Source of the DNA: Pseudolabrys sp.
GTDB taxonomy: Bacteria > Pseudomonadota > Alphaproteobacteria > Rhizobiales > Xanthobacteraceae
Length of the DNA stretch: 64,000 nucleotides
Assembly (NCBI GenBank): GCA_035623095.1
Contig: DASPUD010000110.1
Span: 18,353 to 82,352 of the forward strand
Direction: 5' to 3'
Made by a program: the position numbers and the translations under genes
The notes under the pieces: model-generated
What the model was told of the DNA's origin: nothing
The model's input: the letters and a program-made list of their open reading frames with translations, nothing else
The model's database searches: none
In this document: piece by piece, positions 1 through 8,613 of the stretch
Layout of the letters: the number at the start of each line of letters is the position of its first letter
How positions within the stretch are numbered: position 1 is the first letter of the stretch

Positions 1-1964
1 GTACGCAGCAGCTGGTCGGTGATCGGTTTCAGCAAATAGCTCATCATGGTGCGGCTGCCGGTCTGCAGGAAAACTTCGGCCGGCATCCCTGACACCAGTT
101 TCAATTCGCCGAGTCGGCGGCGCTCGCTGCCGGGGAGGGTCACCCGCACGGTGTAATAGGGCGAACTCGTGCTGGCATTCTTGTCATGAGCCACGTCCGC
201 CGATACGTAGGACACGACTCCCTCGAGTTGCGGCGTGGTGCGCTGGTTGAAGGCAGAAAACCGCACGAAAGTCTGCTGACCCCTGTGTGCATGATCGATG
301 TCTTTGGGTGGAAGCTTCGCTTCGATCTGCAATTCGTCGGACTCCGGCACAATTTCCATTGCGACTTCGCCTGGGGCGATCACACCGCCAACGGTGTGGA
401 CAGAAAGCTGATGGACGGTTCCGCTGGTAGGCGCGCGCAAATCGACGCGCTTCAGCAAATCCTGCGCTGCGACGGTTTTCTCGACCAGCTCGGCCTCCTT
501 GTCCTGCGCCTCGCGCAAATCCTTCATGACTTCGGTACGGAAATCCTGGTCGACCCGTATAGCCTGCAGCTCTGCTTCGCTGATCTTGGATTTTGCTTCA
601 GCGATTGCCGCCGTCGCTTGACCGCGATCTCCATCGAGACGGGCGGCCTCGCGCTGCAGCGACGTTTTCCGTGTCAGCGGAACCAGCCCCTTCTGGTAGA
701 GACTGTCGACACCATCGAGTTCACCGGAAATCAGGTCATGCTGTGCGGCTTTCGATTTTACCTGGGCGTCGAGGCCGGAAATCTGCTCCTCGAGTTGCCC
801 GACGTGACCCTGCAAGAGCTGCTTGGCGTTGCGGCGCGCGGCGGCGCGGCTGGTAAACAGTGAAATCTCCGAAGTCCACAAGCTCCGTACTTCGTCGTTG
901 TTGGCTCTTTGCGCCAGTTGCTGCGGCATCTGCGGTTCGCCAAGACCGTCGCGCTCGGCGACCAGTCGCGCGCGTCGTACCCGAATCTGATCGAGCTGCT
1001 GCGTCAAAACCTGATAGTTGGAGCGCAATTGTGTCTCGTCGAGGTGCAGCAGCAGATCACCGGCGTTCACCTGCATGCCGTCGCGCACGGCAATTTGCGC
1101 CACGACGCCGCCGGTCGGGTGCTGGATCTTTTTGACATCGGTCTCCACCACAAGCGTGCCCGGCACAACGACAGCTCCGGAGAGCGGCACCAGCGTGGCC
1201 CAGCCTCCGAGGATTCCGACACCTACGAGCAGGACACGAAGACCTGTCTTGAGCTCACTCTCATACGTCTGTGTCAGGCACGTTGAGAGCTCAGGCCCGG
1301 AGCTTTCGTCAAGTCCGACCGCGCGTGTGCGGCTGAGCAAAAACGTACAGCCCTCGCGCAATCGTTCGAAGGCGCTACTGGATTGGAGACGCTCAAAGTG
1401 GCCCACCAGTGCGCTGCGTAGCTTCTTTTCGATCTCCGCCGGAGGGGGAATATCGGCGCGATCCAATAAATGTTGCCATCCCGGCTTTTCGGCGAACGTA
1501 TCGCGCTTGTGTTGCCGGATTTGATTGCTCGCGGGAATTGCCGTGAGCACCGGTCGAGCGTGGTGCCGTTCGGCGTGCGGATGCAACGAGACCTTTGGGG
1601 GAGCGCGGCGATCGGGCGTTCCCTGCGTCGACGAGATTTTTCCACCCGGTCGTGGAGCGGGCCCCCGACCAACTGGCCGGCGCCGGTTCATCCCCAAAAT
1701 ACCAAGGAACAGATCGACCGCGCTGTTGGGCGCCCTCCGAACCGGCTGCCTCAGGCTCACGATCCGGTCGGTTGGTTTCCAATCGGCTCGACGGGCCTCG
1801 ATCGTGCGCGGAAACCGCTCTTGCTCCACAAGCCGCTCTCGATCAAGCAAGTTCTGCAGCCGGCGGAGTTCGCAAATAAGAGCCGTGCCCTGCGGACCAA
1901 TCGCCGGATCGACGTCATTGTATTCGTATTCAGGCGTCTCATTTCTGTAACCGGACCAGGTCAT
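1..1964 (-). CDS. HlyD/PrtE-family type I secretion membrane fusion protein, 3'-truncated by the window edge, with a long N-terminal extension
   Basis: Not in the ORF track because it runs off the window. Manual translation from ATG 1964 (ATGA overlap with the ATPase stop) gives MTWSGYRNETPEYEY..., a TM segment GLRVLLVGVGILGGWATLVPLSGAVVVPG, the motif VKKIQHPTGGVV, and a typical C-terminus ...SGMPAEVFLQTGSRTMMSYLLKPITDQL. Confidence 0.92.
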   Translation of the reverse strand, partial: MTWSGYRNETPEYEYNDVDPAIGPQGTALICELRRLQNLLDRERLVEQERFPRTIEARRADWKPTDRIVSLRQPVRRAPNSAVDLFLGILGMNRRRPVGRGPAPRPGGKISSTQGTPDRRAPPKVSLHPHAERHHARPVLTAIPASNQIRQHKRDTFAEKPGWQHLLDRADIPPPAEIEKKLRSALVGHFERLQSSSAFERLREGCTFLLSRTRAVGLDESSGPELSTCLTQTYESELKTGLRVLLVGVGILGGWATLVPLSGAVVVPGTLVVETDVKKIQHPTGGVVAQIAVRDGMQVNAGDLLLHLDETQLRSNYQVLTQQLDQIRVRRARLVAERDGLGEPQMPQQLAQRANNDEVRSLWTSEISLFTSRAAARRNAKQLLQGHVGQLEEQISGLDAQVKSKAAQHDLISGELDGVDSLYQKGLVPLTRKTSLQREAARLDGDRGQATAAIAEAKSKISEAELQAIRVDQDFRTEVMKDLREAQDKEAELVEKTVAAQDLLKRVDLRAPTSGTVHQLSVHTVGGVIAPGEVAMEIVPESDELQIEAKLPPKDIDHAHRGQQTFVRFSAFNQRTTPQLEGVVSYVSADVAHDKNASTSSPYYTVRVTLPGSERRRLGELKLVSGMPAEVFLQTGSRTMMSYLLKPITDQLLR

Positions 1965-3712
1965 TGCGTGCCTCCCGCGCTCGATCGAGAGTCACTTCGT
2001 TTTGGCATGCGCACCGGGTGGACATTCGATTGCGCGACACGTGCGAAAATCTCTTCGCGCGGCCCGAAAGCGATCAGCCGTCCATCGTAGATGACCATCG
2101 CCATATTCAGTGCCGCCAAAGCATTCGGCCGGTGCGAAATCACGATGACGATACTCCTCTCGCGGCGCAGCGTTTCGATCGCGCCGACCAGTGCATTTTC
2201 GCCATCGGCGTCCAGATTTGCGTTTGGTTCGTCGAGCACGACCAGAAATGGACGACCGAACACAGCGCGCGCAAGGCCGATGCGTTGACGCTGTCCGGCC
2301 GATAGTGACGCGCCGCGCTCCCCGATCCGGGTGTCATAGCCATCCGGCAGACGCAGGATCATCTCGTGCGCACCGGCCACGCGTGCGGCTTTCAGGATGG
2401 ACTCCGAGTTCGCCGTATCATCAAAACGCGCGATGTTCATCGCTACCGATCCGTCGAATAGCGCGACGTCCTGAGGCAGATACCCGATATGCCGGCCAAG
2501 ATCGTCGGAATACCATCGATCGATCGCAGCGCCATCGAGTCGCACTGCGCCGGTTGCCGCCGGCCAGATACCGACCAGCGTTTTGGCGAGAGAAGATTTC
2601 CCGGCAGCGCTAGCACCGAGGAGGGCCAGTCCCATGCCTGCGTTCAGGCCAAATGAGATATGAGAGAGAACCATCCTTTGCGTGCCGGGCACGACAACGC
2701 TGACGCCCTCAACCGTCAGGGTACGATTCGGTCGCTTCAGAACGACTGCTGGCGCAGCAGGCGCCGCCGTCGCTTTGAGGATGGTACGTAGACGGTCGAT
2801 ACCCTCGCGCGCGGCAACAAGTTGTTTCCAGTTTGCCAGCGCGACTTCAACCGGCGCCAGCGCGCGCCCCATCATGATCGAGGATGCGATGATGATGCCG
2901 CCCGAGGCCTGCTCGATGACCACCAGATAGGCGCCAATACCGAGCACGGCGGATTGCAGCGCAAAGCGGAGGACCTTCGCCACGGCGCTGAGGTTCGCGT
3001 GCATTTCCGCGAGTCGCATGCTGTCTCTAACGTATTGTTCGTTCGTGCGTGACCAGCGCGCCGCCAGACGGCCTGTCATGCCGAGGGCGCGAACGACTTC
3101 GGCGTTCTGACGGAGTGCGTCGGCCAGGACCTGCCGCTGCGCGCTGCCCTCGGTCGATATTTTGGCAGCGCCTCTCGATTGACGTTCGGTGAAATACGTC
3201 ATGGCGACGATAGCCGCCGCGCCGGATGTGGCAACGACACCGATCACCGGATGAAAAAGAAACAATGCAAACAGGAAAAGCGGAATCCACGGCATGTCGA
3301 GAAACGCCGTGGGGCCTGAACCGGCGAGAAAGGCACGCACCTGATCGAGGTCGCGCAGCGGCTGTTGCGCCAAAATCGGGTTCGTGCCCCGAAGCGGTAA
3401 CGTCACAAGAGCGAAGTGAATTCCCGTCTGCAGTTTGACATCGAACAGGGCGGCAATCCGCGCCAGCATGCGGCTCCGCAGTGCGTCGAAATAGCCCTGC
3501 AGCAGGTAAGCGATTGCCACGATCGCCGAAAGTCCGAACAACGTAGCGAGGTCACGGCTCGGGATCACCCGATCGTAGACCTGCAACATATATATTGACC
3601 CGGACAGGGTCAGCAGATTGACGATGCCGCTGAAAACCGCAACGCCCGCCAGTCGCCGCCGGCTTGCGCGCAATTGGACGGCGACCGGATCGTCCCCCTC
3701 GAATGAAAGCAT
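1961..3712 (-). CDS. Type I secretion ABC permease/ATPase, PrtD/HasD type (no C39 domain)
   Basis: N-terminal FSGIVNLLTLSGSIYMLQVYDRV, FLDMPWIP, Walker A GASAAGKSS, signature LSAGQRQRIGLARA, Walker B LVVLDEPNANLD. Start taken at ATG 3712; the ORF is open to 3745. Confidence 0.95.
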   Translation of the reverse strand: MLSFEGDDPVAVQLRASRRRLAGVAVFSGIVNLLTLSGSIYMLQVYDRVIPSRDLATLFGLSAIVAIAYLLQGYFDALRSRMLARIAALFDVKLQTGIHFALVTLPLRGTNPILAQQPLRDLDQVRAFLAGSGPTAFLDMPWIPLFLFALFLFHPVIGVVATSGAAAIVAMTYFTERQSRGAAKISTEGSAQRQVLADALRQNAEVVRALGMTGRLAARWSRTNEQYVRDSMRLAEMHANLSAVAKVLRFALQSAVLGIGAYLVVIEQASGGIIIASSIMMGRALAPVEVALANWKQLVAAREGIDRLRTILKATAAPAAPAVVLKRPNRTLTVEGVSVVVPGTQRMVLSHISFGLNAGMGLALLGASAAGKSSLAKTLVGIWPAATGAVRLDGAAIDRWYSDDLGRHIGYLPQDVALFDGSVAMNIARFDDTANSESILKAARVAGAHEMILRLPDGYDTRIGERGASLSAGQRQRIGLARAVFGRPFLVVLDEPNANLDADGENALVGAIETLRRERSIVIVISHRPNALAALNMAMVIYDGRLIAFGPREEIFARVAQSNVHPVRMPKRSDSRSSAGGTQ

Positions 3713-3832
3713 ACTGCCACGCTTTGCCTTCGATCTGATCCGCAAACCGTGAGCATCGATAGCGACAAAAGTTCGGCAAGATCGAAATTAGAAAATTGCG
3801 GACAGGCGTCACGCGAATTATTCTTCTCGCGC

Positions 3833-3891
3833 GGTAATCGGTTCTGACTGGGAATCAAAAATGTTTAGCGCGCGTGGTAATCTGTTCTGAC
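3833..3891. promoter_or_regulatory. 16-bp direct repeat pair, candidate transcription-factor site in a divergent promoter region
   Basis: GGTAATCGGTTCTGAC (3833-3848) and GGTAATCTGTTCTGAC (3876-3891), 15/16 identical, 43 bp apart. Confidence 0.5.
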
Positions 3892-4068
3892 GAATTTAGG
3901 CGCCTTCAAATCGTCCACGAATGATCACAGTTTTGGTCCTGCGTGTTCTCAATTCAGTCGGACCGCAGCCACGTTGGTAGCCAACGATACGTTGGCACAC
4001 GAAGTTCGCATCGATCCACACCGCAATTCTCTCAATCGTACTCTAGGTAATGACAGGGGAGGCGACTT

Positions 4069-5496
4069 ATGGCGCATCATCCGAACCGCTCGCATGATTT
4101 CGGTCACGGCAACACACACACTCCAGCACCACAGCAACAGCAGATGTCGTTTGCGGACATTGGGACGCTCTACAATTCGATAAACAATGAAGTCATGGGC
4201 GGTATCACCACGCAAAACCAGCAACTGCTTTTCGATCAGGTCTCTACGGTCCAGAGACAACTTCAAAGCCTGATCGACAGCGGCGCCTTGAACAATCTGG
4301 ACGGTGCGGGAAATCCCGCCATAAGCCTTGTCCATGCCCAGAACATTGCCGATCAAATGACTTTCCTGAAAACGGAGATCGCGGCGTTCGGAACAGGAGC
4401 CAATGTCCCACCCAAATTCATCAACGATGTTGTCAGGGATGTCCAGGATATCGTAGCCAGCGATCCGCAACTGACCGCGCTCGCGCGTCAAGGCAATCAC
4501 GCCGGTTTTGAGCAGTTCTCATTTCTATTGACGCCGCCAACACCTTTCCCTGATACCCCGTTGCAAACGGACACCCTTCTGAAATTCATCGCCGACTCAA
4601 ACGATCTCGCCGCGCGCGCTCAGGCGCTTGCCGGACACGATCCTAACGGTGCTGACAAAGCGGCGATCGCACAGCTGGAAACCGATGTTCATAGTTTTTC
4701 GCTCGCCGCCGATCAGTATTCGACGGCACAGGGTGGAGTGTTTTCCGCCCGCTTCAACAATGAATTCACCCTTGATGGTGTTCAGGGAACGGCGTCGCGT
4801 GAACTGATCACCGGTCTTCAAACCGGGAATGCAGATCTGGTAAATGGCGCGGCAGCCGTTCTGATGGCGAATGCCGGTGACGTTCGGGGAAACATGCTCG
4901 CTAATGGGCTTGGCCCCGACGGGCAGCCGTTTGTGCCCGCGCCGAACGGCGGAATTCCTGACGATATCAATACGGTGAATGTTGCCGGGCTTGTCTTCAA
5001 CGATTCCATGACCAAGCTCATTGGCGGTGTCTATTCCGGCAACCAGCAATCCATCGTCAATGATCTGAATGCGACCGCCACCGGTCTCCAGAACGCTATT
5101 GCGAACCAAGGGATCACCGGCCATGCCCTCCACGACGTCAATCAGGTCATAGCTCTCTTGGGCCAGGAAGCTGCCCTTGTGGGCAAAATCAATACCGCGG
5201 AAGCCACACCGCTTTCCGCGGTCAACGGCCAGATCAATCAAATTCAGGCGCAAATTCTCAACGTGATCAACCATGATACGACTCTGGCGACCTTGGCCAC
5301 AGGTACCGATGCCGACGGCAATGCGACCACTGGCTTCGTGGCGTTACCGCCGGGCACGAACAACCCGAACTCCGCAAACGTCGTCGCAACGGGCGGAGGA
5401 AACACTCCGCCGCCTACGAACCATGGCGCACATGGGGCCCCTGCACCTGACCATTCCACCCCTCCTAACTTTCACTTTGAACATCACTGGGGTTAG
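4069..5496 (+). CDS. Uncharacterised Asn/Gln/Ala-rich helical protein with His-rich termini; candidate type I secretion substrate
   Basis: 475 aa, RBS GGGGAGG upstream, no Sec signal, no TM, no Cys, ends ...NFHFEHHWG, internal duplication, divergent from the T1SS genes. Confidence 0.85.
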   Translation: MAHHPNRSHDFGHGNTHTPAPQQQQMSFADIGTLYNSINNEVMGGITTQNQQLLFDQVSTVQRQLQSLIDSGALNNLDGAGNPAISLVHAQNIADQMTFLKTEIAAFGTGANVPPKFINDVVRDVQDIVASDPQLTALARQGNHAGFEQFSFLLTPPTPFPDTPLQTDTLLKFIADSNDLAARAQALAGHDPNGADKAAIAQLETDVHSFSLAADQYSTAQGGVFSARFNNEFTLDGVQGTASRELITGLQTGNADLVNGAAAVLMANAGDVRGNMLANGLGPDGQPFVPAPNGGIPDDINTVNVAGLVFNDSMTKLIGGVYSGNQQSIVNDLNATATGLQNAIANQGITGHALHDVNQVIALLGQEAALVGKINTAEATPLSAVNGQINQIQAQILNVINHDTTLATLATGTDADGNATTGFVALPPGTNNPNSANVVATGGGNTPPPTNHGAHGAPAPDHSTPPNFHFEHHWG

Positions 5497-5597
5497 CCAG
5501 GCCGCGGCGTGCCGGAACAACTGAGTCAGATCGTTCGAACCTGACGGGACGCAGGTGGAACGGGTTGGAGGCAGATTCCGAACTCGCTAGGTGGGGC

Positions 5598-7538
5598 ATG
5601 GGAAGTAGACGCTGTTCAAGCAGCCGAAGAACCGACTACGGGACGGTCATACTGCACTGGTGTCTGGTCGCGGCGCTCGCGGTCGTAGTCCTCAGCGGAC
5701 TGAGGATCGCCAGCGAGTCGCCCGGCCGCGCCTGGATTGGTGCCTTCGATTCTATCCTCCCGCGCCATTTCGTTTGGACCGCGCACATGCAGGCCGCGGT
5801 CGTGCTGGTGCTGGTGGCTATCGCTTACCCGATCTATCTCGCACTCGCTGGATTGTGGCGGCGCGTCCGCTTCGATCGTGTTCGCATGAGCGGCCTGTTC
5901 GGCCGATATCAGGCGCGCTGGAGCGCCATCAATGTCGCGCTTACCTGGATTTTTTATCTCACGCTGCTGACGGAAATCGTGACCGGCGCGCTCATGTATT
6001 TCGATTATGGCAGTGGATTTGTAATCACAGTCCATTGGTTGGGAATGTGGGTCGTCTGCGCCTACCTCTTCGCTCACGTGCTTGCTCACTGGAAAGTCGG
6101 CCGTGCGCGCCAACTGCTACGCATATTCCGGCCATCGCGCTTGTTGCCGCCGCCTCCGAAGTTCGACCCGGTCGAACTTTTGGAGCTGCTTGATCAACCG
6201 GCAGCCAGGCCAGCCGACTTCCGGCCTCCGCGAGCGAGGCATCTCGAGCAGGAGCGGCGCGATCTGGAAGCATTCAGGCGCTTTGCGCCACCCAAAGATC
6301 GTTTCTCGTCGGCACGAGTTGCGCCTAGCTCGCGGCATTTCCCGGGTGAACAACATGACGCCACGCAGGGGCCCGGCCGATCGCGTCAACGCGGTTTCGT
6401 GGTTCAGTCCAATCCCCTCGTCGTGGCCATGGCTGTAGCCATCGCTGCCACGTCGCTTATGGTGACAGCACAACTTGAAACGTCCGACACACTGGAGATT
6501 CGTCGCGTCGAAGCTTCCAAAGCTCCGATCATCGATGGTGATACGTCTGACCGGGTTTGGCGGGATACAAAGCCCGTTTACTTGCTCACCGGCCATGGCG
6601 ACAATTTCGACGGCAAAGGCGAGACGACCATAGAGATCCGCGCGGTTCACGACGGGCAGTGGGCGTATTTCCTGTTCGCCTGGGACGATCCAACGCGTTC
6701 ATTGAAACAGCTGCCGTTACTGAAAACCCCCGACGGCTGGAGGCTGCTTCACGAGGGCTTTGAGGCTGGAGAAGAGCATGCGTACAACGAAGACAAATTT
6801 GCGGTCCTGTTGACCAAGCTTGATGTCGTTCTGGCTGGCGACCGCACCTTCCACGCCAGTGCTGAGCCATTGGATGGCAAGCCGCGCACGATTTCCGGCC
6901 GCGGCCTGCACTACACCGAACAGCCCGGCCTTTTTGTCGATGTCTGGGAATGGAAGGCGACGAGCACGGGCTCGGCCGGATTTATGGACGACGTTTATTT
7001 TGGTCCACCAGCCGAGCCCACCGTTGCGCAGGCGGAAGGCAAATTTCCCTATCGGGGTGGTTTTGCGGCCGATCCCGGTACCGCCAGCTACCGCGACAAT
7101 TTCGCGGTTGATGATGCGCAAGAGTACAGCAAGGTCGTGCGGCCTCTCCGTCTGCCAAAAGATCTGGCTGCAATGATAGCTGCGTTGGGCGAAATCGATC
7201 TTGATCCCAACCATGGAGAGAGCGCCGGCGCGCGCTGGTACATGACCGAAGAGGAATCATTGCCGTATTCGCGCGAGCGAGACGCCAGGATTCCGATCGG
7301 CACGGTAGTTCCCGGCGTCATTGTCTCCGGCAGTTACTCGGGGGATCGCGCTGATGTGCGCTGCGCGGCTCGCTGGGCAGCCGGCCGTTGGGCGCTCGAA
7401 GTCCGGCGGCGGCTCGACACGGGCAGCCGCTACGATGTGCCTATCAGCACCGGCACGTTCATGCGTGTCGCAGCGTTCGATCACACTCAAATCAGCCACA
7501 CGCGGCACGTACGTCCCGTACGTCTGGAGGTGGAATAG
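5598..7538 (+). CDS. Cytochrome b (Ni/Fe-hydrogenase b-type/b561-like, 4 TM) fused to an ethylbenzene-dehydrogenase-gamma-like (EB_dh, DOMON-like) heme domain
   Basis: TM His residues ILHWCL, WTAHMQ, ITVHWL, FAHVLAH; fifth TM NPLVVAMAVAIAA; PIIDGD..D..W, YFLFAWDDPTRS, NEDKFAV, DVWEWKA, RWALEVRRRLDTG. Start ATG 5598 (ORF open from TTG 5565). Confidence 0.8.
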   Translation: MGSRRCSSSRRTDYGTVILHWCLVAALAVVVLSGLRIASESPGRAWIGAFDSILPRHFVWTAHMQAAVVLVLVAIAYPIYLALAGLWRRVRFDRVRMSGLFGRYQARWSAINVALTWIFYLTLLTEIVTGALMYFDYGSGFVITVHWLGMWVVCAYLFAHVLAHWKVGRARQLLRIFRPSRLLPPPPKFDPVELLELLDQPAARPADFRPPRARHLEQERRDLEAFRRFAPPKDRFSSARVAPSSRHFPGEQHDATQGPGRSRQRGFVVQSNPLVVAMAVAIAATSLMVTAQLETSDTLEIRRVEASKAPIIDGDTSDRVWRDTKPVYLLTGHGDNFDGKGETTIEIRAVHDGQWAYFLFAWDDPTRSLKQLPLLKTPDGWRLLHEGFEAGEEHAYNEDKFAVLLTKLDVVLAGDRTFHASAEPLDGKPRTISGRGLHYTEQPGLFVDVWEWKATSTGSAGFMDDVYFGPPAEPTVAQAEGKFPYRGGFAADPGTASYRDNFAVDDAQEYSKVVRPLRLPKDLAAMIAALGEIDLDPNHGESAGARWYMTEEESLPYSRERDARIPIGTVVPGVIVSGSYSGDRADVRCAARWAAGRWALEVRRRLDTGSRYDVPISTGTFMRVAAFDHTQISHTRHVRPVRLEVE

Positions 7539-8608
7539 TGGGTAAGATCTGCAGACTGGAAGTGAATGGTGACACGATGTCGGCGCGCCGTGGTGACTTG
7601 TTGCTGGACACCGCGTTGCTCAACGGCGTCGATATTCCGCACGACTGCCGCTCCGGTCATTGCGGCACATGCCGTGTGCGCCTGCTTGCCGGCCGTGTGT
7701 TCGGCGGAAAGACCGACGATCCGGAAATCATATGCGCATGCCAGTCCCGTATCGTTTCTGATCTTAGCATCGCTGTTGAAGACGTGCCTGAGGCGGTCAC
7801 CGTGCCCGGCGTGGTGGCGGACGTTACGCCGCTGGCGTCAGATGTATGCGAAGTCGCCATCGAAGCATCTGAACCGCCCGAGTACCTTCCAGGCCAGTAT
7901 TATGCCGTGCAATTCCGCGGCTTTCCCGCGCGCTGTTTCAGCCCAACGGTGCCGCTTGACTGGCCGTCCAACGAAGCGCTTGTGCGGTTTCACATCAAGA
8001 GGGTGCCGAACGGCGTGGTATCCGCGTCGCTCGGCAGACGCATCTGCGCAGGACATCGGGTCAAACTTCAAGGTCCGTTCGGTTCAGCCTATCTGAGACC
8101 TTTTGCCGGTCGTCGCCTGGTTTTGATCGCGGGCGGGACTGGCTTTGCACCCATATGGTCGATCGCGGAGGCCGCGATCAGGAGCGAACCGCGCCGCGAA
8201 CTCGTGCTCATCGTCGCGGCACGGACAGTCGAGTCGCTATACATGCTTCCGGCACTTTGCCGGTTGGCGCTGTTTCCCAATGTCACGATCATTCCCGTGG
8301 TTGCGCAGGACCAAAACATCACTCCGGTCATCCGCTGCGGAACGCCCACCGACCATATTCCGGAGTTGAATGAGCACGACATCGTCTTCGCGGCCGGCGC
8401 GCCGGACATGGTGCGGGCGGTCGCCCCCATCGCTAATGCCGCCGGGGCGAAATGCTATGCCGATCCGTTCGAGGCGAGCTCGCAGGTCACGACGACGGAT
8501 TTCTGGTCACGTGCCGCGGCTTGGTTGGGCAACGATGCGCCCGCCTCTCGACGGGGAAAGCGCGGAAACCAGAGCGAATTTCAAGCGGCGCTCAACGCCC
8601 AATCTTGA
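7538..8608 (+). CDS. 2Fe-2S ferredoxin / FAD-NAD(P)H reductase (FNR-like) fusion
   Basis: CRSGHCGTC...ICAC cluster motif, RCFS, GVVS, GPFG, AGGTGFAP. GTG start at 7538 overlaps the upstream TAG (TAGTG) with RBS GGAGG at 7526-7530. Confidence 0.93.
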   Translation: MGKICRLEVNGDTMSARRGDLLLDTALLNGVDIPHDCRSGHCGTCRVRLLAGRVFGGKTDDPEIICACQSRIVSDLSIAVEDVPEAVTVPGVVADVTPLASDVCEVAIEASEPPEYLPGQYYAVQFRGFPARCFSPTVPLDWPSNEALVRFHIKRVPNGVVSASLGRRICAGHRVKLQGPFGSAYLRPFAGRRLVLIAGGTGFAPIWSIAEAAIRSEPRRELVLIVAARTVESLYMLPALCRLALFPNVTIIPVVAQDQNITPVIRCGTPTDHIPELNEHDIVFAAGAPDMVRAVAPIANAAGAKCYADPFEASSQVTTTDFWSRAAAWLGNDAPASRRGKRGNQSEFQAALNAQS

Positions 8609-8613
8609 AAAGA

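Noticed and set aside
3992-4009. Possible sigma-54 promoter (TTGGCAC...TTCGC)
   Set aside because: GG-to-GC spacing is 12 nt rather than the required 10
4069-5496. RTX toxin, adhesin or flagellin call for the 475-aa protein
   Set aside because: No GGxGxDxL repeats, cadherin/VCBS motifs or flagellin terminal motifs are visible
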